Of a stretch of DNA of 64,000 nt, positions 13,016 to 27,620 are shown piece after piece. The translations under genes were made by a program, and so were the position numbers. The stretch's first letter is position 1; each line of letters begins with the position of its first letter. The notes under the pieces were generated by a model. It saw only the letters and a list, made by a program, of their open reading frames with translations. It was not told the origin of the DNA and did not search any database. Source of the stretch: Octopus vulgaris (taxonomy: Eukaryota); assembly GCA_951406725.2 (NCBI GenBank), contig OX597835.1:39432001-39496000 (forward strand), given 5' to 3'.

Positions 13016-13364
13016 CATGAATTAATATAAACAGCTCGGTGCAATGTTATTCATTAGCTTACCGTTGTTTCTGCTACAAGATATAGGGCGCTCGTAGTTG
13101 TAAGCTAATGAAGTCCATAACATAATCAATGTTTTTCTTATGTCATTAGTTTTTTCTATATATGGCTCAGTGGTTGAGCCATAGTACCAGGTTCAGTCCC
13201 ACTGAGTGGCACCTTGGGCAAGTGTCTTCTACTATAGCCTCGGGCCGACCAAAGTATTGCGAGAGGATTTGGTAGGCGGAAAGTTAAAGAAGGCGTCATT
13301 TTGTGTGTGTGTTTACACGTGTATGTGTGTGTGTGTGCGCGCGTGTATCTATGTGTCTGACTGG

Positions 13365-13429
<65 letters not shown>

Positions 13430-13521
13430 GGATAGATAGATAGATAGGCAGACAGATAGATAGATGGATAGATAGATAGATGGATAGATAGAAAGATAGA
13501 TAGATAGATAGATGGATAGAT

Positions 13522-13576
<55 letters not shown>

Positions 13577-13645
13577 CAGATAGATAGATGGATAGATAGA
13601 TAGATGGATAGATAGAAAGATAGATAGATAGATAGATGGATAGAT

Positions 13646-13712
<67 letters not shown>

Positions 13713-14147
13713 AAGATAGACAGATAGACAGACAGACAGACAGATAGATAGATAGATAGACATACAGACAGACAGACAATGCGGGTGAGATGACGAGATT
13801 GGAAGTGAACAATTAAGAGAAAGAAGGAACAAACGAACGATAGAAAGAAGGAAGGAAAGAAAGAATGGAAAGGAAGGAAGGAAGGAAGAAAGAAATAAAG
13901 AATGAAAGAATGAAAGAAAGAAAGAAAAAGAAAGAAAGAAAGATAGAAAGAAATAAAGAAAGAAAGAAAGAATGAAGGAAAGAAAGAAAAAAAGAAAGAA
14001 AGAAAGAAAGAAAGAATGAAAGAAAGAATGAAAGAAAGAATGAAAGAAAGAAAGAAAAAAAGAAAGAAAGAAAGAAAGATAGAAAGAAAGAAAGATAGAA
14101 AGAAAGAAAGAAAGAATGAAAGAAAGAATGAAAGAAAGAAAGAAAAA

Positions 14148-14215
<68 letters not shown>

Positions 14216-15010
14216 ATGGAAAGGAAGGAAGGATATATTACCGAAGCAGTTGCAAATCAAAATATAACTAAATCAATACATAAATATATAAAGATTGTTT
14301 TTGAAGCACGAGCATAAATATATAAGACGGCAGGATTCGAACGTACAACTGCTGTGTTTGAAAGGGGAAAAGTGGTGGTGGCGCCTTGTGGATATTTGAA
14401 TGGAGATTTCTCAAGATTTCTGACAGAAACTAGTTCTCATTCTTGTCTCCTTCTTCGTGTGTCTTTGTGAGACTTTCGAGAAGAACTCGGGCTTTCGGAA
14501 GTTGCGAAGATAACAGTGACAAGAATTGAAAAGACTATAGACAATGGTTGAGGGAATGAATGGGTGGAGGAGGGGGGAGGTAGTGGTGGAGGAGGAGGAG
14601 GAGGAGGTGGTGGTGGTGAAGGAGGAGGAGGTGGTGGTGAAGGAGGAGGAGGTGGTGGTGAAGGAGGAAGAGGAGGAGGAGGAGGAGGGTGGTAGAGGAG
14701 GAGGAGGGGGGAGGAGGAGCTGGAGGGGTGGAAGAGCAGAGAGAGAGAGATGGAGGGAGGAAGAGAGATGAGAAAGTAAACGGCGGGTAGAGAAGGATGT
14801 GGGAAACGGGGGAGAGATGAGAGAGGGGGATAAGAGAAAAGGAAGAAGGGAGGGGAGAGAGAGCGAAAGGAGAGAAGAATGGGAGAGTGTGAGAAGGGAG
14901 GGAGGCGGAGAGAAAGAGAAAGGAAGGGGATAGGGAGACGGAGAGAGGAGAGGGGAACAAAAGACGGGAGGATAGAGAGGAAGAGAAGGGAGAGAAAGGT
15001 GAGGAGGAAG
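13365..15010. repeat. (GATA)n, (GAAA)n and purine-rich GGA/GA low-complexity tracts
   Basis: Direct simple repeats, with a ~300-bp non-repetitive gap near 14240-14560. Confidence 0.9.
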
Positions 15011-15211
15011 ACAAGGAGGCTGAAGAGGGAAGCCCTCAGTCGCCGATGTGGTTCCTTGATTAACGGGGCTTGATGGTGAAGTCGGGCGATTTAGTTGTCA
15101 TTGCGATTGTTGTTTTTGCTTTAGCCCCAGGTCAACTCCAATCGAGTTATGGCCATAGTCATTCCACCCTTGACAATCCCCACTTTATCTCATCTGCAGA
15201 GAATCAAAGAT

Positions 15212-15620
15212 AACGTGGCTGTATGGCAAGGAGCTTGCTTCTCATCCATATGGTTCTGGGTTCAGTCCCACTGCGTGGCACCTTGGGCAAGTGTCATCTA
15301 CTATAGCCTCGGGCCGACCAAAGCCTTGTGTTTGGATTTGGTAGATGGAAACTGAAAGAGGCCCGTTGTGTTTGTGTGTATGTGTGTGTATGTGTGTGTG
15401 TGTGTGTATGTGTGTGTGTGTGTGTGTGTGTGTAAGTGTGTGTCTTTGTGTCTGTGTTTGTTGCCCCACCATCACTTGACAACCTATGTTGCTGGGTTTA
15501 TTGCTTAACTTAGCAATTCGGCAAAAGACACCAAAAGAATAAGTACTAGGCTGACAAAGAATAAGTCCTGGAGTTGATTACTTCGACTAAAAATCCCGTA
15601 AGACGGTGCTCCAGCATGGC
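15212..15620 (+). mobile_element. SINE family B
   Basis: Same head, CORE-like segment and tail as 3645-4097. Confidence 0.8.
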
Positions 15621-17069
15621 TATAGGCATGGCTGTGTGGTTAAGAATCTTGATTTGCAACAGCATAGTTTCGAGTTCAGTCCCACTTGAGCAAGGGTCTT
15701 CTACTACAATTGAAGGTCTGCAAAATAGAGCTTTTTGAAAATTGTTTTGATAATTGTATGCTACTTTATATACTTTTGTAGTGCTCATTTAAAATATCAA
15801 GAAAACCTCTTTCTCATTCCCTAAGTTTTTCTCACAATTAATGGTAAAATATGCCATAATTTGCAGGTAAAATCACCTATGGTAGAGCAAAGTGTAACTA
15901 ATAAAAATGAATTTGGTTCTTTATTCAGCAAAATATGAAACAGCACAAATGCAAATGAAAGGTAAGATGATAGATTTTTACAAAGGTTTCATTCAGTTTT
16001 TTCGGTTCAGCACCTTCAAAATATCTTCCTTTTCACTTGAAAACTACACTTGGAACTCTTTCGCTTGTGTGCATCTGATGGACATTCATGATGAAATGTC
16101 CAACAGTAGTTGGCCATCATGTTGACATTCCACCTTCCCGGATATCTTCTTTCTATCTCCTTTATGCTTTGACGAAACCTTTCCCCCTACTCCTTACACA
16201 TACCCCATATATTCTGGAAAGAAGTTCAATTGGGCATATAGGAAATTAACTTTAATGCTCATTTTGCATCCTAAGGCCTCAAACTTTTCTTGCATTCTTC
16301 CCACTACGTCTTTGCAATTTGGATCCTTGTGATTATCCAAGAAGTTCTTCATCACATCTTTAAAACAAATCCATGCATCGTTTTCAGAATCACTAAGAAG
16401 GTTTTCAAAATTTTCATCCTTCACGAGTTTCCTTATATCTGGTCCTTATATCCACTCTCCTCAACCTTGGCGTCTGACAGAGCAAGAGACTTACTACGAA
16501 AGTACTTAAAGCCCTCTTCATCCTGTGCTAAAGCTTTTACGGATTGATTCATGGGGCTAATTTTTACATGTAGAGGAGGCAAAAGACCCATTTTCGGATC
16601 AGCCAAACGTTCTTGAAGGACATTCATTGTTCCTGGTGTAAGTGTGTCCCCATTTCACCATTCTTCTTTAGATCAATGGATGTTCCTGGCCCTTCTGAAC
16701 CATTCACACTAGAAACAAGGAAACTTTGAGTAGCGTGTCTGTTGTCCAAGCAACATGAAAATTATTTTCAAACCACCGCAAATCATCCTGTCGTCATCTT
16801 TGAATTTAATCATGTGTATGAGTGACACCGGATTCTCATGTTTCCTTTCTGAGCACTGATTGTTCAACAAGGGATGGAAGAATATTTATTACCATCATGC
16901 AGCAGAACAGCTTTATGACTCCTCTTCGAAGAGTTAATAAAGAGTTTCCATTCATCAGGGTTAGAACTTATACCAAACTTTCCCGTCAGTCCTGATGGAC
17001 CTCTACACTAAACCAAATCATTTTTTGGAGCAAAATAAGGAACAAATTCGTGACGAATAATTGCCATTT

Positions 17070-17290
17070 AAATATGGCTAACCCCTAAGGGTGGATGCTA
17101 CTGTAGTTTGTAGCCCCAGGAGGACACCTCCTCCAGTTGGCTATAGACACACTTTCTGTGCCCTATCAGTATTTGCAAAGGGAAGCCATCCCTCCCGTCT
17201 TCAACTTATGATACACACGGACTCGAGTTTTTGGGTATTGACCTGTCATCGGCGTGTGACTACCACAGTTGTCGATGAGAAGTAGGTTCC
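17070..17290. mobile_element. Unclassified insertion in the transposase
   Basis: A GC-richer block breaks transposase collinearity; possibly an RTE 5' UTR piece. Confidence 0.35.
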
Positions 17291-17609
17291 CTTCACAAAT
17301 ACTTTTTCTTTTTCGTAATTACAATACCAATAAAATGATACACGAAGAGCTAAAAGATTCTTGGGTTTAAGTCTGGTACTTAAAAGCTCTGCTGACTCCT
17401 TTGTAAGCACTGAGACCATTTAATTTACACTTGTTGAAAAGTTGAGATTCTTCACCATCTCATTCTGACTCAAAACTCAGGTATATGTCTTCAAGGTTTC
17501 CTGATGGTAATGTGACTGGGGTGTCTGGTTCACAGGAAATAGGTCGCAATGCAAATGGAAAATTTGGGTAATGCTTTTCCCACTCTTCGAATTGTGTTCA
17601 TGATATCTT

Positions 17610-18131
17610 ACAAACAACTTCCTCATGCAAGTGCTACCAGTCAAAAGCTCCGTATACCGGAAGCCAGCAAGTGTATGGGGTCATCAGGAGAGAATGCCCG
17701 CCGTTTCGGGGCCTACCTCTCGACGGCATCAATGTGCACCCCCCCCCTCACTGATATGATGCCCCGCTTGCTAGATCAGCTGGTTATCAAGTTAAGCTCA
17801 ATATCCTTCTAGCCATCGCTCATCGTCTCTTTTTAACCAAATCCAGTGGCTAGCCTTCTCCACTGTAGATTGGATATCGGTGATGGTGGTATTGACTTTA
17901 CGATGAGTTAGGCCTAGCGATAACAACAGTCGTCTCACGCTGTGTCCAACGAACCCTCTACATCCGACTTCGATTGGAAAATGTTCCGCTTTCCAGCCTG
18001 CGTCTTCACATTCCTCGAGGAGGTTTACATAATGGTTAAATTTTCGAGCCCGAGCGGTGTCCATATTATCTTCATGAGGAACCGTTAACTCGACTATATT
18101 TACAACTTTCTTTCTTCCACACCACATCAAA
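17610..18131 (-). mobile_element. 5'-truncated RLE-type LINE (HERO/NeSL-like) with 7-bp TSD
   Basis: IVELTVPHEDN..RKFNHYVNLLEECEDAGWKAEHFPIEVGCRGF..EKASHWIWLKR = restriction-like endonuclease C-terminus. ATATCTT occurs at 17603-17609 and 18132-18138. Confidence 0.85.
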
Positions 18132-18939
18132 ATATCTTTACATGAGCAAAATTAGCAGTCACCACTGTGATTTTTAGGTGCTCTTCATATCACTGGAACC
18201 CCAAAACAAAAAAGACTTCTTCGTACATTTTGTACATTTTGTCATAGTTCTCCAACACAAATTGTGGGGTCTCACGAGGAGCCCGCTTCTTATCTAGCTA
18301 TCCTAATTTTACATAAAAGTAGGCATGGTTAGACATTTTAACAAATTCGTTTCCCAGCAGTGTGATAATTTTGAAAGAGGAAGTATTTATGCTGTATGGT
18401 ATTTGATATATCTGTATTGGTGTATATAGTTCTTTAGGTAGATTATCTGCGACATATGGATGATTTGGTGAACGATTTGTATTCGATATGAAAACCTTCG
18501 AACGTGTATCCGTGATTCGATGCCACGCACAAAGAGAACAACTACAACAACAGTAACAACTTCTCTTCAGGCAATACAGGTGATCGATAAATGAAATTTT
18601 TGTGTGTAATCTGATGTTTCTGTTACTCACAGATACACCAGCTAAAGTGATTCCAGGTTAACTGGAACTTCGCAGGCGTTTCAGTCTTTCTCTCAGGCAT
18701 TCCTTCGGTTCTATATCGCCCAGATGTTGGAGTGTCTATGTCATCGAAAGACCCGAGAGAAGCAGTAATCAAGGTCATTCAACTCACTCCTTACTGCTTT
18801 AAATGTTAAAAAGACATATTACTCTTTTACTCTTTTACTTGTTTCAGTCATTTGACTGCGGCTATTACATTGATATAACTATATATGTATGTATACATAT
18901 ATATGTGTTTGTATGTGTTTGTGTGTATGTGTGTTTGTG

Positions 18940-19000
<61 letters not shown>

Positions 19001-19009
19001 ATCTATCTA

Positions 19010-19052
<43 letters not shown>

Positions 19053-19235
19053 GTCTATCTATCTATCTGTCTATCTATCTACCTATTTATCTACCTCTCT
19101 TTCAGTGTATATATACCTTTTATCTTTTACCTTTTATTTGTATCAGTCATTAAGCTTGGTACTTATTCTATCAGTTACCTTCATCGAACCGCTAGGTTAC
19201 ATTGCCGTAAAAACACACACATCGCCAAGCGGTGG

Positions 19236-19306
<71 letters not shown>

Positions 19307-19331
19307 ATATATATATATATATATATATCTA

Positions 19332-19389
<58 letters not shown>

Positions 19390-19392
<3 letters not shown>

Positions 19393-19660
19393 TTATCAGT
19401 AACAATAAAGGGTGAAATTAATTAATTTGGAATAATTATTAATTACACCAAGTAGATTTCGGCATGTAAAAGCCTCATTCGAGGAAAATTTAAGTAATAC
19501 TAAGTAATTAAGGGTTTAGCAACGAATTGCCTCACCACACACCGAATTTAGAAATAGCAGTCAAAGAGTTATAGCTATTCTTTCTACTAAAAGGGAGATC
19601 TCAGTAAAAATACAGCACTTGTGTGGTGAGGCAATTCGTTGCTAAACCCTTAATTGCTTA

Positions 19661-19663
<3 letters not shown>
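19390..19663. mobile_element. Penelope-type terminal element with inverted duplication
   Basis: 19498-19541 is inverted at 19620-19663; homologous to 7900-8100; (TA)n flanks. Confidence 0.65.
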
Positions 19664-19695
<32 letters not shown>

Positions 19696-20010
19696 TTTAT
19701 TCCCATTGCGTTCTCTCCATACACTGACATATATACACACATATATTCATAATATTTAATTTATTTCCTCGTTTCACTAACATTTCATCTCATCTCTTTG
19801 ATTCCATTGGAAACGATACCAAGAAATACCTGCCACGGCCTGGCTCCAAATTCTTCCATTTACCAAGAGTTCCTTTCCACCTAATGACTCATGTCAAATT
19901 GTAAAACAATACCAAACATGATGAGGTGCCATTACTGCACGAAATATACCGAAATGTCATTGAGACTTCCGGACTTTTGCTCGATACAAACAGCCATAAA
20001 TATACATACA

Positions 20011-20041
<31 letters not shown>

Positions 20042-20595
20042 TATACATACAAACATACATATATACATATATGCATACAAACACACACATGCATATATAT
20101 ATATATACATAGATTTATATGCATATATATATATGGGTGTATACACACTCTTGGAAAGTCCATTAAAATAACTCCTTTCACTAATGAATATAATCTTTTT
20201 AATTATATAGATGATACTCCTGCATGTAAATGCGTGTGTATACGTGTGTGTGTGTATGTATATGCGAGTAAGGGGGCAAAGGTATTTGTAAGTATGCATC
20301 TGTATGTGTAGATGCGTGCTGCGTGATATATATCTAGTATACACGCGCATACATATATACATTGTATATGATCCTATATATATATATATATATATATATG
20401 TGCATACATACATACATTCATATATATCTACATATGTATACATATATATATATATATGCATACATGCATACATTCATATATACCTACATATGTATACATA
20501 TATATATATATATATGCATACATGCATACATTCATATATAGCTACATATGTATACATGTGTATATATATATGTATATATGCATACATGCATACAT

Positions 20596-20635
<40 letters not shown>

Positions 20636-21596
20636 GTATGTGTATTTATACATATATATGTATGTGTGTATAGTTTCTTAATTAAAATCTAATTTGAGGA
20701 CTTGTTGTGTAGTTCATGTTTCACGCCAATGCTATCTTCAGAGGAAACTCCCTGGCGGGAAACTCGAGTACTGAGACAAGTTCTCATCTTCAGTTTTAAT
20801 AATAAAAAAAAACATATCCTCCACAACATGTATTGAGTGATCGACGAACCCACTCCTCTCGAAAAAATTGCTGGCCTCGGGCCAAAACTAGAAAGTAACA
20901 TGTTAAATACTTCTGTTCCATAGTTAAGTTTGTTTAAAGCCTAACCCCAACCTCCTTCCATGAGGAATAATAATAATAATATTACTGGTTTCAAATTTTG
21001 GCACAAGGCCAATAATTTCGTGAGGGGGTAAAGTCGATTACATCGACCGCAGTGCTCCACAGGTATATGTTATAACTATTCTGAAAGGATAAAATGCAAA
21101 TACAACCCCGACGGCATTTGAACTCAGAACGTGAACAAGGACGGAATGTCGCTAAGCATTTTGTCCGGCGTGCTAACGATTCTGCCAGCTTGCCATCTTC
21201 GGATTAAGAATAATATTTCAGTTTCTAACATAAATACGAGGACACAAATTTAAGGGCAAGTGTAGAATACATTATATGTACTCCATTAGTCGACTGGTAT
21301 CTCACTTCGTTGATTTCAGAAGGGAAAAAAAAACGGCATTTTGATCGACATCCTTTCGGATTCTGACAAGCCGCTTCAATCATCCGGAAAATATTAATTA
21401 AGGATAATTGTTAAATAAGGGAAAGAAATTAATTAGGGGTTGTAATTAATTTAATGAAAGTGTAGTTATTTAATTATGACATCGTTGTTATTAATTTTAA
21501 TGAGACTAAAGCAATAATTAAGTATTAGTTAAGTTAATCTACCAACATGTATTATTACTGATGTCACACATGCATTCTATGTGGGTGTGCATTAAT

Positions 21597-21635
<39 letters not shown>

Positions 21636-21694
21636 TGTGTGTGTGTGTCTGTGTGTGTGTGAGTGTGTGTTCTCACATACATCATACATATACA

Positions 21695-22090
21695 TTTCTA
21701 CTCTAGGCACAAGGCCCGAAATTTTGTGGGGATGGGGCCAGTCAGTTAGATCGACCCCAGTATGCAACTGGTACTTAATTTATCAACCCCGAAAGGATGA
21801 AAGGTAAAGTCGACCTCGGCGGAATTTGAACTCAGAACGCAAAGACAGGCGAAATACCTATTTCTTTACTACTCATACGGGGCTAAATACAGAGGGGACA
21901 AACAAGGACAGACAAACGGATTAAGTCGATTATATCGACCCCAGTGCGTAACTGGTACTTATTTAATCGACCCCGAAAGGATGAAAGGCAAAGTCGATCT
22001 CGGCGGAATTTGAACTGAGAACGTAGCAGCAGACAAAATACCGCCAAGCATCTCGCCCGGCGCGCTAGCGATTCTGCCAGCTCGCCGCCT
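21695..22090 (-). mobile_element. Dimeric SINE family A
   Basis: Head plus a unit ending AAAGAAATAG, then a second headless unit ending in the GGCCTTGTGCCTAGAGTAGAAA tail. Confidence 0.85.
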
Positions 22091-22111
22091 TATATATCAC
22101 GCATATACAGC

Positions 22112-22557
22112 GAAGGCGCGTGGCTTAATAGTTAGGTTATTTGGCTCATGGTTGTAAGGTCGTGAGTTCAATTTCCAGCAACGCGTTGTGTCCTTGAGCA
22201 AGACACTTTATTTCACATTGCTCCAGTCTACTCCTTTCAAGAAATGAGTTGTGACGTCACTGGTGCCAAGCTGTGCTGGCCATTGCCTTTCCCTCGGATA
22301 ACATCGGTGTTGTGGAGAAGGAAGCAAGACACATTATGCTGTTGTTGCCCCAGTCCACTCAGCTGACAAAAGTGAGTCGTACCTGTTATTCGAAGGGCCA
22401 GTTTTGTCACACGCTCAATAACGCTTAATCTCCTTGAGAACTACGTTAAGGGTACGTGTGTCTGTGGAGTGCCCAGCCACTTGCAAGTTAATTTCACGAG
22501 CAGGCTGTTCCGTTGATTGGATTGGCCTGAACCCTCGTCGTCGTAACTGACGGAATG
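22112..22557 (+). mobile_element. SINE family C (composite)
   Basis: GAAGGCGCGTGGCTTAATAGTTAG..GAGTTCAATTTCC..TGTGTCCTTGAGCAAGACAC. The 3' part matches 36145-36465. Confidence 0.75.
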
Positions 22558-22604
<47 letters not shown>

Positions 22605-22731
22605 CAGCAAAATTTAGATTCAGATGAATATGGTACTTCAGTCAAAGGCACCAGAATTTTGTATGGTATTATCCATATAAATCAAATGGGGTGATTATAA
22701 TCAAAATAAGCAACAAGTAAATCCAAGGTAG

Positions 22732-22819
22732 AGTAGTACAATTGTTTCATGCTACTTCATTTGATTAAACATTGTAAGTATTACATCAGTTTTAAAATGT
22801 CGAGCAATCTTCAGCTACT
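22732..22819 (-). ncRNA. Type I hammerhead ribozyme motif, canonical core
   Basis: Minus strand: agtag CTGAAGA T TGCT...AGCA T GAAA CAATTG TA ctact. 5-bp stem I, ACAAUUGU palindrome, GUA triplet. Lies in an element starting at the (TA)n boundary at 22602. Confidence 0.75.
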
Positions 22820-23008
22820 TATAGAATTTTCCAATTAAACAGACAATGCACATTTTTATCCCTATTCCATTTGCCAACATTATAAAGAGGGTAGATATAC
22901 ATGTTAGGCTGGAGATACAAATAGGGAAACAGAACTCAATCTCTAGGAATCCAAAAATGTTACAAGTCTTCAAGTTGTATAACAACAAGTGACAGACAGT
23001 CATTGGAC

Positions 23009-23229
23009 AGGCGGCGAGCTGGCAGAAACGTTAGCACGCCGGGCGAAATGCGTAGCCGTATTTCGTCTGCCGCTACGTTCTGAGTTCAAATTCCGCCGAG
23101 ATCAACTTTGCTTTTCATCCTTTCGGGGTCGATTAAATAAGTACCAATCACGCACTGGGGTCGATATAATCGACTTAATCCGTTTGTCTGTCCTTGTTCG
23201 TCCCCTCTGTGTGTAGAAAAGAAATAGGT
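23009..23229 (+). mobile_element. SINE family A
   Basis: Full head to AAGAAATAG end. Confidence 0.85.
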
Positions 23230-23501
23230 AAAGAGTATTGTCAGTTGCTGGTGCTACCTTGGCAAAAATATACCAGAATCTTTGCATTCACTTATCATAC
23301 AAGAAACGATTTTCTGCCTGAAAGCCAATTCCGCGTCCATTATCGAAAGATCCACTATTTATAGGATGCTCACGGTACGAAGCATCTAAAAGACGAATAT
23401 AACGCAGGAGCAGGCATTAAACATATTTGTTATTGGTCTCCCGAAAAGCATTTCATATGCAGTGTGTTGGTGGATTGTGGGCAAACCTTGATAAATATAC
23501 T

Positions 23502-23739
23502 TGTCGACCTCGGCGGAATTTGAACTCAGAACGTAACGGCAGGCGAAATACGGCTACGCATTTCGCCCGGCGTGCTAACGTTTCTGCCAGCTCGCCGCCT
23601 TATACATCATGCATATACAGCGAAGTCGCATGGCTTAATAGTTAGCATATTTGGTTCATGATCGTAAGGTCGTGAGTTCAATTTCCGGCGACGCGTTGTG
23701 TCCTTGAGCAAGACACTTTATTTCACATTGCTCCAGTCC
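23502..23739. mobile_element. Head-to-head SINE A(-)/SINE C(+) junction, duplicate of 21990-22229
   Basis: Shared spacer TATAYATCAYGCATATACAGC between the two heads. Confidence 0.75.
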
Positions 23740-23801
23740 AGCCTGTGCAGATAATGCTCCAGTTTCAGGATGGTACACACACACACATAAGTGTATGTAT
23801 G

Positions 23802-23860
<59 letters not shown>

Positions 23861-23914
23861 GTATCGCTAGCCACTACACATTCTTTATTTTCTCACCTTG
23901 TTTCTTTCTGTGTT

Positions 23915-23952
23915 TCTTTCTGTGGAAGAGCATAGGCTCGAAACGTTAAAGA
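23915..23952 (+). ncRNA. Minimal hammerhead-like motif (core CUGUGGA)
   Basis: tcttt CTGTGGA A GAGC-ATAG-GCTC GAAA CG T T aaaga. The downstream ~95 bp is homologous to 7629-7719 (reverse complement) and ends in (TA)n. Confidence 0.55.
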
Positions 23953-24154
23953 TTTTTTCACTTTCCGAGCGTCAAATTAATACACCTGTTTGTTGTCTAC
24001 ACCACCTGTCTTCGTCTTTTGTTGTTTTTTGTATGTGAATTCTTCCCCTATATATATATATATATACGTAGAGAGAGAAAGAGTGAGACATAGGAATGTA
24101 CATCAACGCACGCTTATATATGTATGTACATACGTATATACATATATATATATG

Positions 24155-24209
<55 letters not shown>

Positions 24210-24849
24210 ATATAATATATACGTGTTTATATATGTATGTGTGTGTGTGTGTGTATGAATGTATGTATATATATATATGTATGTATGTATATATATATAT
24301 GTGTGTATGTGTATGTCTATGCATACATTTTTGCGTGTATGTGCATATGCATATACGCATGTATGCGTATATATGTGTGTGTGTATATGTATATGCATGT
24401 ATATATGGATTCATGTGTATTATGTACGCCTCTTATTAGGTATGTTTCAATTAGCTTAATCTCCTAACGGGATGTTATTAATATTCGTTAATTCTAGATG
24501 TAATTAATAAGCCTAATTATAAGTGTTATTCCGACTGATATAATTAGCTGAAATCTGTTAATTAAGTATTAACATTCCGCTCAAACCAATAAAACCTTGC
24601 ACAGTCACAAGACCTTCCTCGAAAGAGTAGCAAGATCTTCCTACAAATTTACGCTTTGTGTCAGGAAGACATAGAAATCTTTAGTGACTTCTGGATGCGT
24701 GATGTCAGAGAATCAATGGTTGGGTCATGTTTGGAATGCCGATAATGTACCTAGGTCTTCACAGCCAGGGATCCTTTGGTGCGAAAGGACAAGGAGAAAT
24801 AAATTAAACTATTTTGTTCCTGGGTTTATATGTATGTATGAAATCATCG

Positions 24850-24893
<44 letters not shown>

Positions 24894-25005
24894 TGAGGCA
24901 TGCCAGAATATATATATATTAAAGAAAATTGTACGATGAGCATCATATAGATATACATATATATGTATGCGGGTAACTATATAATATATGACTGAAACAA
25001 GTAAT

Positions 25006-25394
25006 AGGCACAGGAGTGGATGTGTGGTAAGTAGCTTGTTTACGAACCACATGGTTCTAGGTTCAGTCCCACTGCGTGTCACCTTGGGCAAGTGTCTTCT
25101 ACTATAGCCTCAGGCTGACCAAAGCCTTGTGAGTGGATTTGGTAGATGGAAACTGAAAGAAGCCCGTCGTATATATATATATGTTTGTGTGTTGTATTTG
25201 CCCCCACAACATCGCTTGACAACCGATGCTGGTGTGTTTATGCCCCCGTAACTTAGCCGTTCGGCAAAAGAGACCGATAGAATAAGTACTAGGCTTACAA
25301 AGAATAAGTCCTGGGGTCGATTTGCTCGACTAAAGGCGGTGCTCCAGCATAGCCACAGTCACATGACTGAAACAAGTAAAAGAGTAAAAGAGTA
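25006..25394 (+). mobile_element. Full-length SINE family B
   Basis: GGCACAGGAGTGG.TGTGTGGTAAG head to (GTAAAAGA)n tail. Confidence 0.9.
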
Positions 25395-25606
25395 TATATA
25401 TGTATGCATTTATGTACATATATATACGTGTGTGTGCGCGTGCGTGTGCGTGTATACATACATACATTTATATACATATAAATATACATATATATATATA
25501 TATGTATATATACATTCAACCCAGACACGCACACTTATGCGGCGCATGTTACACTTTCAAATGCACACAGCACATTCCCATACAGAGATGCATACACATA
25601 CACACA

Positions 25607-25668
<62 letters not shown>

Positions 25669-25943
25669 TGTCTGCGCGTGTGTGTGTATAAGTATATACC
25701 TGTATATATATGTACGTATGTCCCACAATCCAATGAAGTTCCGCTTTAATCTAGATACAATTTATAACGTACATTAAGATTACATTCCTAATTCAATTTC
25801 GTTCTGAATAGATTTATTATATTATATTATATTATATTATATTATATTATATTATATTACATTTCATTATATGATATTGCACTATATTATATTATATTCT
25901 TATGAAGATTAATTTCTGAAATCAAAATCTGAAAATTGATGTA

Positions 25944-26059
<116 letters not shown>

Positions 26060-26145
26060 TATACATACATATATATACATATCCATATATATATATACAC
26101 ACACATACACACATATTTATATATATATATGTATATATACATATA

Positions 26146-26231
<86 letters not shown>

Positions 26232-26244
26232 CATACATATATAT

Positions 26245-26301
<57 letters not shown>

Positions 26302-27567
26302 CATACGTACATATATGGAAAAAGTATGACAGATATAAATTTGTAACAGATAATATGAAACGAAATAATTATTATACAAAAAGCACGCAGTTAATGTTTC
26401 TGAATTAATGAGCGGTAAATTATAATCGGATGTAATTAATTTAATTAACGTGTAATATTTAATTAGTAACGACGATTACAGAAAAATGATTTTTTTTCTC
26501 TCTCACTCTCTCTCTCTCTCTTTTCCATTTATCTTTCAACACATTCCTTCGTTCTTGATATTAATATTTCATCTGTCATTAATTCTAATTATCGATTTCA
26601 TTATTACAGATTTTCTCCTTATAACAGATTATTCGATCATGCTTCTTCCCGCTCCCCGCCTCAGCACCGTAGCCATCTTGAATATCGTATTTTCTTTTTC
26701 TTTGTATCATCATTTCCGGTTTTTATTTTATATATATTATTATTATTATTATTTCTTTTTATGTTTTCATTATATTTTTATTATCTGTTATTTTTTCCTC
26801 TTTATATTTTATGTTTTATACATTTATACATTCTATATTTTATTATTATATTTTCGTTTATTCATTTTCATCTCTTATCGTCACTTCCGCTTCTTAACTT
26901 TTATCAATACTTCCGCTTTGCGCGTTCTTATCAGCACTTCCGTTTCTAGCCTCTTATCGTCACAATTCTCCCCTCTCGTCTTTTATTCTCTCATCGCCGC
27001 ATTTACTGCTTTCTATTATCGCTTCTATTATCGTTTTATTATTACTCTATCGTGCGTTATTACTCTCTATTCTTCCATCTGCGATTTACCATTCCTTTCT
27101 ACCTTTTTTTGTCCTTTTTGTCTTCAATCATTTTCGTTTATTATTGCAGCCATCGCCACTTTTAGCCGTTATCTTCCTTTCATTGTATCACATCTCTCTC
27201 TCCCTCTCTCACTCTCTCTTTCTCTTCCTCTCATATTTTCTCCGTCCCTATATCACGTGTTCTCCTTTCCTGTCTCCGGCCTTCTCTTTCTTTTTTCCTC
27301 CTCTATCTCACAATCTTCGCCTTTAACTCTCTCTCTCTTTCTCTCTACCTTTATCTCTATCCACCTCTAATTTCCCTGATTTCTTTCTAATTCTTGGGCA
27401 CTCTGGACGCACGATACACGAATGGCTGAGACGGTGAAAACGTGGATTATATTCTGTTGAGCTCCTTATTATGAGTTCGATCCTTTTCACAGTCAGTAGA
27501 ACAACATTAAGCGATATGATGCGAAATGGCTTCAAATTAATCTTTCGATCATTATTCATCTCAGTGG

Positions 27568-27620
<53 letters not shown>

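Larger units (their letters stand above)
16075..18290 (-). pseudogene. Degraded DNA transposase, probably Chapaev3-like, interrupted by two insertions
   Basis: Collinear fragments: PKNHSGDC*FCSC (N-terminal Cys motif), YPNFPFALRP, LLPPLHVKISPMNQSVKAL..LSDAKV, LSDSENDAWICFKDVMKNFLDNHKDPN..LGCKMSIKVNFLYAQLNFFPE. The superfamily name is from recall of this motif set. Confidence 0.75.

Noticed and set aside
20712-20776. Hammerhead-like pieces on both strands (CTGAAGA..GAAACATG on minus; GAAACTCGAGTA on plus)
   Set aside because: Neither strand gives a full core with stem II and an NUH triplet; at best a decayed copy.
26486-27370. 294-aa hydrophobic ORF resembling a membrane protein
   Set aside because: T-rich low-complexity DNA that lacks stops by composition; no recognisable motif.
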